Assembly (NCBI GenBank): GCA_038207085.1
Contig: JBBRAE010000008.1
Coordinates: 32,001 to 96,000 of the forward strand
From: Armatimonadota bacterium
GTDB lineage: Bacteria; Armatimonadota; UBA5829; DTLH01
Direction: 5' to 3'
Length of the DNA: 64,000 bases
The first letter of the stretch is position 1; each line of letters opens with the position of its first letter. Made by a program: the position numbers and the translations under genes. The notes under the pieces are model-generated. The model searched no databases. It was not told where the DNA came from and worked only from the letters and a program-made list of their open reading frames with translations. Of the stretch, positions 27,621-37,515 are shown piece after piece.

Positions 27621-27797
27621 TATAGAGGCGACTTGTCGTCACCTGCCAAGTCTAATATTGGAATAAATACTTACACTAATATGAACTTGCGGCATGGGTT
27701 GAGCAAATCGGTGGCTCTGCTGTATAATAGATGTGGCTGGCGAGTTTGCCAGCGAAGTATTGAGGAGTCTTGCTCCTTGTAATCTATGAGGTCTTCG

Positions 27798-28010
27798 ATG
27801 CCGACTTATGAGTATGAGTGCCTGGACTGCGGGCACAGGTTTGATGTGTTTCAGAAGATGACCGATGCACCGGTCACTGCCTGCGAGAAGTGTTCTGCCA
27901 AGGTCCGAAAGCTCATATCCCCCGTTGGGATTTCGTTCAAAGGCTCGGGTTTCCATGTCAATGACTATCGGAAGCCCGGCTCGACAGACAAGGCAAAAGA
28001 GACTGCCTAG
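27798..28010 (+). CDS. FmdB family zinc-ribbon protein
   Basis: 'MPTYEYECLDCGHRFDVFQKMTD...CEKC...ISFKGSGFHVNDY'. Confidence 0.92.
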   Translation: MPTYEYECLDCGHRFDVFQKMTDAPVTACEKCSAKVRKLISPVGISFKGSGFHVNDYRKPGSTDKAKETA

Positions 28011-28040
28011 CTGGAGAGCATTTAGCGACACTATGAATTA

Positions 28041-28079
28041 ACAAAGCCAGGTACCTGATGAGAGGTACCTGGCTTTTGT
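28041..28079. terminator. Bidirectional terminator between convergent genes
   Basis: AAAGCCAGGTACCT-GATGAG-AGGTACCTGGCTTTT. Confidence 0.8.
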
Positions 28080-28110
28080 CGTTTTTGTCTAGTATTGTCT
28101 GTTACAGGGA

Positions 28111-29982
28111 TCAGGCGGAGACGATTCTCCACTCGCCGGTGCGCTCATCAGCCTCGAGTTTTGCGCCGAGGACTTCCTTTAGAGCCTGCACATCGACCAT
28201 CATTCGTCCGCGGCCCGCGATGAACGGGGCACAGGACAGCTTGACCTGCTGGCCATCGACCGATGCGATCGGCTGGCCTACCTGGAACTTGACGGTCTTG
28301 TTTCCAAAGCGGGCAAGGACTGTGCGGGTGCGTTTGTCCCAGGCGATGATCCTGCCGCCTGCCGACTCTATCGCAAATCGCAGGCCGGTGATGACTGTGC
28401 CTTTATGGCGCACGGTCATCAGGCGGACCTTGATCGTCTTGGGGTCGGGCGCGGGCTGATACTTGAGCGGCTCAGGCTGCGGCGATCGGGCCATCTTGAT
28501 CGGTTCGGGGATCTGGGCCTTGGGCTGCGCGATCTTCTGGGCGAGTCTCATACCTGTTCCGCGCTCACTGAGAAGTTCGGAGCGGCTCATCTGGGCTCTG
28601 GGAGCATCGGAGGCGATCGCCGGTTCGAGGGGAACGGACGGCTCAAGTGCGGACGCAGGAGACGACTCGCCGCTCATATTCTCAGCAGCTACGTCGCCGG
28701 CGCCTGATGTGCGAGCAACGTTCGGTGTCGTCGCGCTTGCCGGAGTAGCCGGTTCGAACTCCGGCTCTTCAGGGTCCGGGCCGGAAGACAGCGTCGGGTG
28801 CGGAAGCTCGGCCATCAGCACTGGCTGATCGATCCTCGCGACCTGCGCGGTCTGAATAGTCTCAGCGGCGGGCTTCCTCTCGGGAAGTCGGGCGGGTCTG
28901 GGTTCGCTAACCCTTGCGGTGCTCTGTGACCTCGTCTCAACGACGGTCGGCTTGACCGAGGCTTCAGACTGCCTGGAGACTGACTGAGGCCTGCTCTCGA
29001 CCGGCTTTGCGATGACCTTTTCGGTCCAGGCCGGGCGAGCCACAATTGAGTCGGACTGTTGCGCCGGGGCGACCGCGCGCTCGGAGCGTGAAAAAACTTT
29101 GTCAGGCCTCGCCGAAACGGTGTTTGTCTGAGCCGATGAGACGCTCGGAGTGGCTGTGCGAGCGGCGCTTGTCTGAGAGGCGGTGCGCTCCATCGGGATG
29201 ACGGCGGGCCGCGCCGTTTCGGTACGAACAACTACCTGAGTTTCTATTGCAGCTGATTTCGGAGCCTCAACTGCGGCAACTTTTGGCGTTTCTGCGGGAA
29301 CTTCGGCGATTGATGCGCCTGCGTTTCTCACCGTGACTTCTATCTCTTGGGCGTCGCCCCTGTTTCCTGCCTCGTCATAGGCGTAGGCGTGGAGGGTGTG
29401 GCGGCCGTTTTCATACTCGGCTGTGTTCCAGGAATAGCGATAGGGCGGGGTGTTTCTGATAAGCTTGAGCGACTTGTCGACCATGACTGAAACAAGCGGG
29501 TCTTTGTCGCTTCCGTCGCGGGCCGAAACCTCAATCTCAGTGGTCCCAGAGACCACTTTGCCCTGAGTGACTCCGACGAACTTGATGGTAGGCGGAAGCA
29601 CGTCTATGGTGGAGTTGCTGACGGCGGACTTGCTTGACGCGGAGCCGATAAGGACGGTCCCGGAGTACACCTTGACGACGATCGAGCGCACGCCGTTTGC
29701 AAAGCGCGTGGTGTCTACAAGGAACGAGGATATCCCCTTTGAGGTGGGCTCGGCGAGGTTTCTGGTGCCGCAGCGCTGCCCCTCGACGTCGATGTCGACG
29801 CGGGTCACCTTTTGCGCGGAGCCGGTGTTGAAGCTTACTGAAACCTCCGCGCGGCGACCGGCGAGAACTTCGCCAGGACCCGGGGAGACTATCGACACCC
29901 AACTCGTCTCAGCACAGACGGGCAGGTAGCTAGTGAGCATTGTTAAGGCAACTACAAGTGATAAGGACCGCAAGGTGTCCAA
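28111..29982 (-). CDS. Exported protein: two Ig-like (Big) domains, a long Pro/Ala/Ser/Thr-rich linker and a C-terminal copper amine oxidase N-terminal-like (stalk) domain
   Basis: AAGGAGG RBS and TTG; signal peptide; 'PPYRYSWNTAEYENGRHTLHAYAYDEAGN'; C-terminal 'LRFAIESAGGRIIAWD...APFIAGRGRMMV'. Confidence 0.8.
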   Translation of the reverse strand: MDTLRSLSLVVALTMLTSYLPVCAETSWVSIVSPGPGEVLAGRRAEVSVSFNTGSAQKVTRVDIDVEGQRCGTRNLAEPTSKGISSFLVDTTRFANGVRSIVVKVYSGTVLIGSASSKSAVSNSTIDVLPPTIKFVGVTQGKVVSGTTEIEVSARDGSDKDPLVSVMVDKSLKLIRNTPPYRYSWNTAEYENGRHTLHAYAYDEAGNRGDAQEIEVTVRNAGASIAEVPAETPKVAAVEAPKSAAIETQVVVRTETARPAVIPMERTASQTSAARTATPSVSSAQTNTVSARPDKVFSRSERAVAPAQQSDSIVARPAWTEKVIAKPVESRPQSVSRQSEASVKPTVVETRSQSTARVSEPRPARLPERKPAAETIQTAQVARIDQPVLMAELPHPTLSSGPDPEEPEFEPATPASATTPNVARTSGAGDVAAENMSGESSPASALEPSVPLEPAIASDAPRAQMSRSELLSERGTGMRLAQKIAQPKAQIPEPIKMARSPQPEPLKYQPAPDPKTIKVRLMTVRHKGTVITGLRFAIESAGGRIIAWDKRTRTVLARFGNKTVKFQVGQPIASVDGQQVKLSCAPFIAGRGRMMVDVQALKEVLGAKLEADERTGEWRIVSA

Positions 29983-30213
29983 CCTCCTTCGTAAATGGCG
30001 CTTTATGCCATTTACGTTCCCATCGTGACGAAGCCTTTGGCGACAGCATCATCGATAGATGATGCGAAAGCCGGCAGCGGCGCGCAGTCTGCGCTGCGAG
30101 AAGCTTCAGGCACGATTCCTGTCAAGCTGTAGTCGGTGGTCCTCCGGCGGGGTGAAACATGGTCCTGCGCGGAGTGTGTTTTTGACTCAGCTCAACTGTT
30201 TTATACTGTTCAA

Positions 30214-30242
30214 ACTCTACCATATAGACCCCCGAAAGTCAA
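30214..30242 (-). promoter_or_regulatory. Sigma70 promoter producing a ~225-nt structured leader
   Basis: Minus strand TTGACT-N17-TAGAGT with extended TG. Confidence 0.6.
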
Positions 30243-30266
30243 CGATTGTCAGCAATGTCAGAATCT

Positions 30267-32466
30267 CTAAGCTTCGTGCAGAGTCCTTGCGAGGATAGCC
30301 TGCTGCAACTCCGGGCTGAGTATTGTGAACAGACCCGAAAATCCACCGACACGCACTGCCAGATTGGCGTATTGCTCGGGGTTGTCGATGGCGTCCTGCA
30401 GGGTCTCCTGGTCTACTACGGAGAACTGCAACTGCATTCCGCCAAGCTCGAAATACGCCTCCACAAGGCTCCTCACACGCATGCGGCCTGACTTGCTCTT
30501 TAGCGCCGATGGCTGAATGCGCAGGTTGAATACCGGCGTGCCGATGGCGCGGTGAAGTGGCAGCTTCGTGACGCTTCGGATGGTCGCCGTGGGGCCGTTC
30601 TTGTCGCGTCCTTGGTAGGGGCCGATCGAGTCGGCAATGGGTTCCCTCGCGCGGCGACCGTCGGGAAGCGCGCCGACGTCCATTCCCGCTGCAGGCGCAC
30701 CCATGAATATGATGCAGCTGGGGAGGTAGGGGCCGCTGCCCTGGTAGGTACGGTGACGTGCGATTTCGTCGCAGGCTGTGCTGAAGACGTGTGCGGCGAG
30801 GTCGTCGACGTCTTGGGCGTCGTTGCCGAACTTGGGGGCGCGCACGAGACGTGCAAGGAGTTCGTCGTAACCTGCAAAATCGGCTTTCAGTGCATCAAGA
30901 AGTGCTGCCTTAGAGCAAAAACCCTGACTGAATACTACATCACGAAGCGCTGCAAGCGAGTCGGCGACATTTGCGAGACCGGCGAGAGTGAGAACGCCCC
31001 AGTTGTAGCGCGCGCCACCTGCGTTGAAGTCGAGACCGCGCTCGATGCAGTCCTGGTGCAGGATTGTTCGCATAGGGTGGGGCATAGCGATGGCCCGGTC
31101 GCGCTGGATGTCGTTCAAAAGACCTGTGACATGGGCGATATTCTCAACAAGCTCAGCTTCAAAGCTCGAAACGAAACTCTCGAAGTCGGGCGAGGCAATG
31201 AGGTGCTTGTGGAGCGATTGCTCGAGGATCCAAGGCAGGTTGAACCCGGCGTCGAGACTTCCGCAGTTTGTGCGCCCCTGGATTAGCGTTTCGGTGCACC
31301 CAGCGCCGGCCCACCACGCGAGGTCGTCATCAGTGAGATCCGGGATGGCGTTCTTGAGTGATTTCAGGTAAAGCATCTCGTTGTGAAGCGCCGGCTGTCC
31401 TGTCGCGGCTGCGATGGCGTCTAGGGCCGCGCCCCAGGTGGAATCGGGCATGTCGGGTCGAATTCGGAGTTGGTAGTTCGGTCTATGATGCCCAATCACC
31501 GCCTCAAGACACAGATCCGTGACTTCGCTGAAGGCAGGCGACCCTTTGGGGTTTGTTCCGCCGATAGTTGCGGACCAGGTGTCGTTGTCGCAGACGATCC
31601 GGCAAAGCTCGCGGAGGAGCTCAAGCGCCTCTGCTCTTGTAATGCGCCCGGCGGCGAGGTCGGGTTCGTAGTAGGGCGCGAGTTCGATGTCGAGGCGTCC
31701 GGGGTTGTCGCAGAAGTCCAGGTACATCACGAAGACGTGTGTGAGGATCGCTTCATAGAACGTGCGAGCTGGCTTGAAGGGGATGCGAGTAAGCACTTCC
31801 CTGAGTTTGCGCAAACGCGCGGCTTCTGCTTCGTCCGCAGGCTGGTGTCCGCTCAGATGATCGAGAATATTCTGGTGCCACGCACGGATGCCTGCAAAAA
31901 CGTCACATACCCCGGAGTAGAAGTCGACCTTGCCGGCGTCTCCTGAAGCCTCCGCCTCGCGCAGATATGTCATGGCTTGTGCCTCTACAGCGTCAAAGCC
32001 ATCGCTGCTGAATCGCACGTAGTCCGGGACGCTGTGGGTGCTCCCACTGCCGCCCAACTACGTGCACGGTCTGCTTGTCCTTGGGCAGGAAGGCGAGCCC
32101 TCTTGGGAACGTGACATCCATCGCCATTAGGTGTTCGTCTAGTCTTTGGAGTGATGTCCGGACGCTCTCGTCGTCCGATGTGTCCATCACGCTTTGGAGC
32201 AGACTACGATTATACGCCCAGGTATAGTCGCGATCAGGGGCAAGGAGTCTGTTATAGTTCTGATTCTTTGGCCCGCTGTAGTGCCCCCACGGGAAGAGTC
32301 GGGTGCCGGAGTAGGGGGTGATTGGATTATGTTCTAACTGGCGCCGAAACGCCCGTGACCAGCGTCGGTGCGGCGACGCCTGGGGCATCTCGCAGTAGCC
32401 GGAAGCGAAGAACTCACCTACTGATCTCAAGCGTTCGGGGATTGGAGGGTTTTCTATTGTTGTCAT
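30267..32466 (-). pseudogene. Glycyl-radical enzyme (PFL-like family) split by a one-base frameshift near 32055
   Basis: The N-terminal ORF (...KQTVHVV) joins the C-terminal ORF (GGSGSTHSVPDY...) if one G of GTT-GGG-CGG is removed; Cys loop 'AGCTE' and glycyl motif 'AVRVGGFS'. Confidence 0.8.
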
Positions 32467-32532
32467 TTTGTTGGTTCCCACTCTCATTCACGAACGAATG
32501 ATAGCACGAAAGCCGACCAGCCGCAATTGACA

Positions 32533-32568
32533 AAACAACGAGGCCGCCGCATCATAGCGGCAGCCCCG
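32533..32568 (-). terminator. Terminator after the response regulator
   Basis: Minus strand GGGGCTGCCGC-TATGAT-GCGGCGGCCTC followed by GTTGTTTT. Confidence 0.65.
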
Positions 32569-32630
32569 TATTTTCTCGATTTGGATATGCATGTTTCGGA
32601 CGCATTGCGTCCGTCAGGCTGAACCGATGC

Positions 32631-33338
32631 CTATACTATTGCCGGCTCCCTGATCTCGAACTTGTAGCCAACGCCCCAGATCGTGGTGATCCTGCAGGGG
32701 CTGCCGTTGTTCTCGATCTTTCTGCGCAGTCGCTTGATGTGCTGGTCCACGGTTCTCTCGTCGCCGTAGAACTCCTGGTAGGCCCAGACATGCTCAAGCA
32801 GCTGTTCGCGGGTGAATACGCGGTTTCGGTTGGATGCCAGATACCAGAGCAGATCGAACTCCTTGGGTGTGAGGTCAACCTTGCGGTCGCCAACCACTAC
32901 CTCGCGGGAAATCCTGCTCACTGCGAGCCCAGGCAGATTCAGAACCTGCTGCTCATCGGGGTTCGGAACATATGCGGCCCTGCGGAGGACAGCTTTTACT
33001 CTTGCGAGAAGTTCACGAGGGGAGAAAGGCTTGGTGATATAATCATCAGCGCCTATTTCAAGGCCGAGCACTCGGTCAACCTCATCGTCCCTGGCGGTCA
33101 ACATAACGATCGGAACGTTGCTTGACTTTCTGATCTCCTTGCAAACGTCGAGGCCGTCCATACCTGGCAGCATCAGGTCGAGGATAATGATATCGGGTCT
33201 ATTCTGCCTGGCCTTCTCGATTCCATCTGCTCCGTCGCTGGCAGTTACGACTTCATAACCTGCCTTGTCGAAGTAGATGGAGACCATTTCACATACGTTT
33301 TCTTCGTCGTCGATCACCAATACCTTCTGTTTGGTCAT
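32631..33338 (-). CDS. OmpR/PhoB family response regulator (orphan)
   Basis: 'VLVIDDE', 'LDLMLPGMDG', 'GADDYITKPFSPREL', winged helix 'RTVDQHIKRLRRKI...TIWGVGYKF'. Confidence 0.95.
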   Translation of the reverse strand: MTKQKVLVIDDEENVCEMVSIYFDKAGYEVVTASDGADGIEKARQNRPDIIILDLMLPGMDGLDVCKEIRKSSNVPIVMLTARDDEVDRVLGLEIGADDYITKPFSPRELLARVKAVLRRAAYVPNPDEQQVLNLPGLAVSRISREVVVGDRKVDLTPKEFDLLWYLASNRNRVFTREQLLEHVWAYQEFYGDERTVDQHIKRLRRKIENNGSPCRITTIWGVGYKFEIREPAIV

Positions 33339-33436
33339 ACCTTCTTCTTCCTTTCGTTTCGGGTCCAGCATATCCATATCGTGAGAATTCCCCATCAAGT
33401 TGGGAGCAAAGCGGTTCAGCTAGCCCATCTATTGCC

Positions 33437-33465
33437 AGTATATGACTATTTCTCTGGTGTGTCAA
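33437..33465 (-). promoter_or_regulatory. Sigma70 promoter of the response regulator
   Basis: Minus strand TTGACA-N17-TATACT. Confidence 0.75.
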
Positions 33466-33700
33466 TGCTGAAACATATAGTCGGCGAGATATTTCCTTGT
33501 AACTTGGTACAAATCACCCCTTCAGGCAGGTCGCTATTGCGCGGATATTGCCCCTATCGTATGATTTTGTTATCGGTTAGTGCTGGTCTGAACTGTATAT
33601 TCAGTATCATCATAATAATATCGCAGATGCCACCAGTTTGACGGCTGCCTGGTTCGGTACTCAAATTGACACATTGCTGATTGCTGGTAAGTTATGCAGT

Positions 33701-33845
33701 ACGGGAAAGTGTTCGGGGGGTGTGCAATCGTGACAGGGGTCTACCTCCAAAGTGCCGCCACTCGGTATGCTAACGTATCATTAGCCTGCCCAAAGTGGCA
33801 AAACACGTGTACATACACAAGCCCGTGAAACTCTGTGGGTTTTGC
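33701..33845 (+). ncRNA. Candidate stand-alone rod-shaped small RNA
   Basis: TTGACA-N16-TAAGTT promoter at 33666-33693; no ORF; nested pairings ACGGG/CCCGT, TGTGCA/TGTACA, CGTG/CACG, GCCACT/AGTGGC, GGTA/TGCC, GCTAA/TTAGC. Confidence 0.45.
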
Positions 33846-33882
33846 GTAAAGATGTGGCTGAAACGAGCGTTTGTGGCAATTA

Positions 33883-34146
33883 TTAGCCAGGCAAGCTGTG
33901 CGGCTGTTCAATATCTCTGCGCATTTGCTGATATTGCTCGCGCGTGATCTCGCCGCGTGCGTATCGTTCGCTCAGGATATCAAGTGATGACGTCCCGCGC
34001 GTGCTGGGGGTTCGCGACGACTGTCCGGCAAGCCATCTGACGAGAAATATAACCCCGACGATGATGAGCGCCCAGAAAACAAGCATCATCAACATCATCC
34101 ACGACCCCGCCGCCCACCAGTTGTTGTTGAACCACCAGTGCATCAT
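33883..34146 (-). CDS. SHOCT domain membrane protein
   Basis: One TM helix followed by 'SLDILSERYARGEITREQYQQMRRDI'. Confidence 0.9.
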   Translation of the reverse strand: MMHWWFNNNWWAAGSWMMLMMLVFWALIIVGVIFLVRWLAGQSSRTPSTRGTSSLDILSERYARGEITREQYQQMRRDIEQPHSLPG

Positions 34147-34223
34147 AATCTTACTCCTACACTGGTAGGTTTACCCAACGGCAGCTCACATTATACAGCA
34201 AGCCGCCGTTGGCAAGATGCTGG

Positions 34224-35168
34224 TTACATATGCTCGAAGAAGACCATCGACTTGAACTCGTTGTATCGGGTGGTGATGTCGTCGTCGGTCAGTTTGCGCA
34301 TGCGGTCCAGGCTGAAGCCCTCGACGTTGTAAGAGGCGAGCGTGCTTCCGTAGACGACTGCCTTGCGGATGTTCTGTTCGCTCGTGTCACCGGTGCTTGC
34401 GAGGTAACCGATGAACCCTCCCGCGAACGTGTCGCCTGCGCCCGTGGGGTCGACGACCTCCTCAAGCGGGTAGGAGGGAGCGGCAAAGCAGCGGTCGCTG
34501 TCGCAGAATGTGAGTGCCCCGTGTTCGCCCTTCTTGATGACGACCGACTTTGGGCCCATCGCTCGGATTTCCATCGCCGCCTTGACCAGGCTTCCGGTGC
34601 CGACAAGCTGCCGGGCTTCGGCGTCGTTCAGGAAGGCCACGTCAACACGCGCGAGCACTTCTTTGAGCTTTTCAGGCTTGCTTGTGATCCAGAAGTTCAT
34701 TGTGTCGCATGCGACGAGTTTCGGACTTTTGACCTGGTCGAGCACTTCAAGCTGAAGCTCGGGGTCGATGTTGGCGAGAAAGACGTATTCGGCGGACTTG
34801 TAAGCCTCAGGGATAGTCGGCCTGAAAGTCTCAAACACGTTAAGCTCGGTCGAAAGCGTGTGGGCCTGATTCAAATCATACTCGTATGTGCCTGCCCAGC
34901 GGAAGCTCTTGCCGGGCTGGATCTGCACCCCGCGGATATCTATCCCACGGGTCTCAAGATACGACAGGTGCTCCTTTGGGAAGTCCTCACCGACGACTCC
35001 GACGATCATAACCGGGGAAAAGAAGCTCGCCGCGACTGATGAGTATACCGCCGCGCCGCCGAGTGCGTTCTCCACCTGACCAAGCGGGGTCTTAACAGAG
35101 TCGAGCGCCACGCTGCCGACGATCAGGACGGGGCTTGCGCCGTTCACGTTGCCAAATTGCAGTGCCAT
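34224..35168 (-). CDS. PfkB family carbohydrate/nucleoside kinase
   Basis: 'VGSVALDSV', 'LGGAAVY', 'DTMNFWI', 'IKKGEHGA', 'DPTGAGDTFAGGF'. Confidence 0.92.
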   Translation of the reverse strand: MALQFGNVNGASPVLIVGSVALDSVKTPLGQVENALGGAAVYSSVAASFFSPVMIVGVVGEDFPKEHLSYLETRGIDIRGVQIQPGKSFRWAGTYEYDLNQAHTLSTELNVFETFRPTIPEAYKSAEYVFLANIDPELQLEVLDQVKSPKLVACDTMNFWITSKPEKLKEVLARVDVAFLNDAEARQLVGTGSLVKAAMEIRAMGPKSVVIKKGEHGALTFCDSDRCFAAPSYPLEEVVDPTGAGDTFAGGFIGYLASTGDTSEQNIRKAVVYGSTLASYNVEGFSLDRMRKLTDDDITTRYNEFKSMVFFEHM

Positions 35169-35173
35169 AGTAG

Positions 35174-35926
35174 TTATATCCTCCGAAGCCTGTCGACGAG
35201 CACCATCCAGAGAAACCGCGGAAGCGTCGCGACTTTGGTGATCTTTTTAGGGTTGCTTGCGAGCCTGTGGACCCACTCGAGCCCGTGGCGGCGCATCCAC
35301 TGAGGAGCGCGGGTGACCCGGCCCGAGAGCACGTCAAAAGTGCCGCCGACACCCATTCCGACGCTGATGCCCATCCGTTCCATATTGCCGGCGATGAACT
35401 TTTCCTGCCTGGGGATGCCCATCGCGACTAGTAAAATCTTTGCGCCGGAGGCTGCGACCGCCTGGACGACTTCCGATTCGTCAGTGAAAAATCCGTCGCG
35501 CACTCCGGCGATTTTGAGCGGCGGGTAGCGCCTTACAAGCTCCCGTGCGGCTTCCTCAGCTACGCCGGGGGCGGCGCCGAGCAGAAACATCGGGTAGCCT
35601 TCACGGGCTGCGAGATCGGCCATCTCAACGGCGAGGTCGACGCCGGATACTTTTTGGGGAAGCGGGCTGCCATACCACTTGGAGGCAATCATGATCCCGG
35701 AGCTGTCGGGGGTGACGAGGTCGGCGGAGTTGATTATCTCCGCAAGAACCTTGTCCTCCTGGGCGATGACGACCGCCGAGGCGTCCGCTGTGACGATGAT
35801 ATGCGGCGTGCCACTCTCGATGAAATCCTTCACTGCTTCCATAGCTGTGGGGAAGGTGATCTTATCTATTCTGATTCCAAGCAGGCTGATACTGTCCATT
35901 TGTTTGCTGTGCATATTTACTTTCAA
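35174..35926 (-). CDS. WecB/TagA/CpsF family glycosyltransferase
   Basis: 'ADLVTPDSSG', 'KVSGVDL', 'FLLGAAPGVAE', 'AMGIPRQEKFI', 'GVGGTFDV', 'RAPQWMRRHGLEW'. Confidence 0.93.
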   Translation of the reverse strand: MKVNMHSKQMDSISLLGIRIDKITFPTAMEAVKDFIESGTPHIIVTADASAVVIAQEDKVLAEIINSADLVTPDSSGIMIASKWYGSPLPQKVSGVDLAVEMADLAAREGYPMFLLGAAPGVAEEAARELVRRYPPLKIAGVRDGFFTDESEVVQAVAASGAKILLVAMGIPRQEKFIAGNMERMGISVGMGVGGTFDVLSGRVTRAPQWMRRHGLEWVHRLASNPKKITKVATLPRFLWMVLVDRLRRI

Positions 35927-36043
35927 GCGAAGTGTGCGCTCTTGAAGAGCCCTCAGTATGATACAGAATTAGAGGCAAAAATACAAATGGGGATAGAAGC
36001 TAGTTGTTAGTTGTAATTCGCTAGCTGGGATTTTGTCTTTGTT

Positions 36044-36098
36044 GGGTGGCGATTTCCGAATCGCCACCCCAAAGCTAAGACGGGATTTCCGAATCCCG
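36044..36098. repeat. Tandem REP-like hairpins sharing a GATTTCCGAATC core
   Basis: GGGTGGCGATTTCCGAATCGCCACCC and CGGGATTTCCGAATCCCG. Confidence 0.6.
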
Positions 36099-36205
36099 AA
36101 TGGCGTAATGCATGGCAATTGACCCACTAGGTCAGACTAGACTTGATAAGTGGGACGAAACGAAGCGTTCCCGCAGTATACAAAAACTATCTGTCGCCCA
36201 AAAAC

Positions 36206-36234
36206 AAAGCAGCCTCGAGATGCCGCACTCCATA
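36206..36234 (-). repeat. Half copy of the GGAG-type REP
   Basis: AAAGCAGCCTCGAGATGCCGCACTCCATA resembles 27594-27622. Confidence 0.55.
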
Positions 36235-36302
36235 TGCTGTTTGGTCGCCATGTTGGTATAACTGTGTAGGACTCTAAGGCTAATAGTTATACTCGGCTTT
36301 GC

Positions 36303-36335
36303 AAATAAGAAAGGGCAGGGGTTAGCCTGCCCTTT
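36303..36335 (-). terminator. Terminator after the NDP-sugar synthase
   Basis: Minus strand AAAGGGCAGG-CTAACC-CCTGCCCTTT followed by CTTATTT. Confidence 0.75.
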
Positions 36336-36368
36336 GAATGATTGTCGATAAGACCTAACCCGGAGCGA

Positions 36369-37403
36369 CTATCTGCCGCCGGGGTCTACTATGACTCCGT
36401 CGAACACTGCGGCGTTGGATTTTACCCGGCAGCCGGTTCCTACTACGCACCGTTCTAGCATGGTGTCGCGCATGACGCACGCGCCGTGCCAGAGGATGCT
36501 CTGCTTGACCGTCGCGTTCTCTTCAAGCACGCAGTCGTCACCCAGGATAGAATATTCACGCAGCTTTGCGCCCGCCTCTATGCGGCAGTTGCGGCCGATC
36601 ACTACAGGGTAGCCGATCTCAGCGGTCGGGTCGATCTCTGCGCCTTCGCCTATCCAGACGTACTTGCGGACCTGCTTGTGCGGGATTTCGATATTCACCC
36701 GACCGTCCAGCGCGTCAAAGTGCGACTGCTGATACTGCTTCAGGTTTCCGACGTCTCTCCAGTAGCTGGAGGTCAGATATCCGTAGAACCTGGTGCGGTG
36801 CTCGAGCATCATTGGGAACACGTTGTTGCCGAACCCGTAGGGGATCCCGCGTGGGATGAACTCAAGAACCTGAGGCTCGAAAACATAGACGCCGGTGTTC
36901 GCGGTGTTGCTGAATATCACCTCGCCGCGCGGCTTCTCAAGGAACCGCGTGATGCGCCCACGCTCGTTTAGAAGCGCGATTCCATACTCGGAGGGGTCGT
37001 CAACAAGCGAAAGTGCGATCGTCGCGATCGCGCGCTTCTCCTTGTGAACCCGAATGACCCGCGACAGGTCGAGGTCGGCAAGGTCGTCGCCGCCGACTAC
37101 GAGGAACGTGTCATCGAAGAAGTCCTCGCAGCGCTTGACGCTTCCCGCGTCGCCCCAAAGCCTGTCCTCCCTGGAGTATTGGATATTGACGCCCCACTTG
37201 CTTCCATCGCCGAAGTACTGCTCGATCTGGTCGGCGAGGTAGTGCAGGTTGACCATGATATCCTTGATGCCGTGCTTCGCCAACAGGTCGACGATGTGTT
37301 CCATAACCGGTCGGTTGACGATCGGCACCATGGGTTTTGGAATATTGCGGGTTAGCGGATCAAGCCTTGAACCAACACCCGCAGCCAGAATCATAGCTTT
37401 CAT
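36369..37403 (-). CDS. NDP-sugar synthase (mannose-1-phosphate guanylyltransferase-like) with a left-handed beta-helix
   Basis: 'MKAMILAAGVGSRLDPLTRNIPKPMVPI', 'FLEKP', 'YWRDVG' and hexapeptide repeats. Confidence 0.92.
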   Translation of the reverse strand: MKAMILAAGVGSRLDPLTRNIPKPMVPIVNRPVMEHIVDLLAKHGIKDIMVNLHYLADQIEQYFGDGSKWGVNIQYSREDRLWGDAGSVKRCEDFFDDTFLVVGGDDLADLDLSRVIRVHKEKRAIATIALSLVDDPSEYGIALLNERGRITRFLEKPRGEVIFSNTANTGVYVFEPQVLEFIPRGIPYGFGNNVFPMMLEHRTRFYGYLTSSYWRDVGNLKQYQQSHFDALDGRVNIEIPHKQVRKYVWIGEGAEIDPTAEIGYPVVIGRNCRIEAGAKLREYSILGDDCVLEENATVKQSILWHGACVMRDTMLERCVVGTGCRVKSNAAVFDGVIVDPGGR

Positions 37404-37438
37404 ATAAGCACCGTTTGATGATTTTAGATTTTGGATTG

Positions 37439-37515
37439 CAGAGCACTGTTCACGAGTTACGTGAATAGTGCGGGCTAGCGAGAGTTTTATTCGCTTCACG
37501 AATAAAACGGGCTAG
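37439..37515. repeat. YTAR-flanked palindromic repeat, A+B doublet, on the stop codon of the DegT gene
   Basis: CAGAGCACTGTTCACGAGTTACGTGAATAGTGCGGG-CTAG-CGAGAGTTTTATTCGCTTCACGAATAAAACGGG-CTAG. Confidence 0.85.

Noticed and set aside
29983..30207. c-di-AMP or c-di-GMP riboswitch
   Set aside because: The conserved motifs were not found in the right order on the sense strand; kept only as an unclassified structured leader
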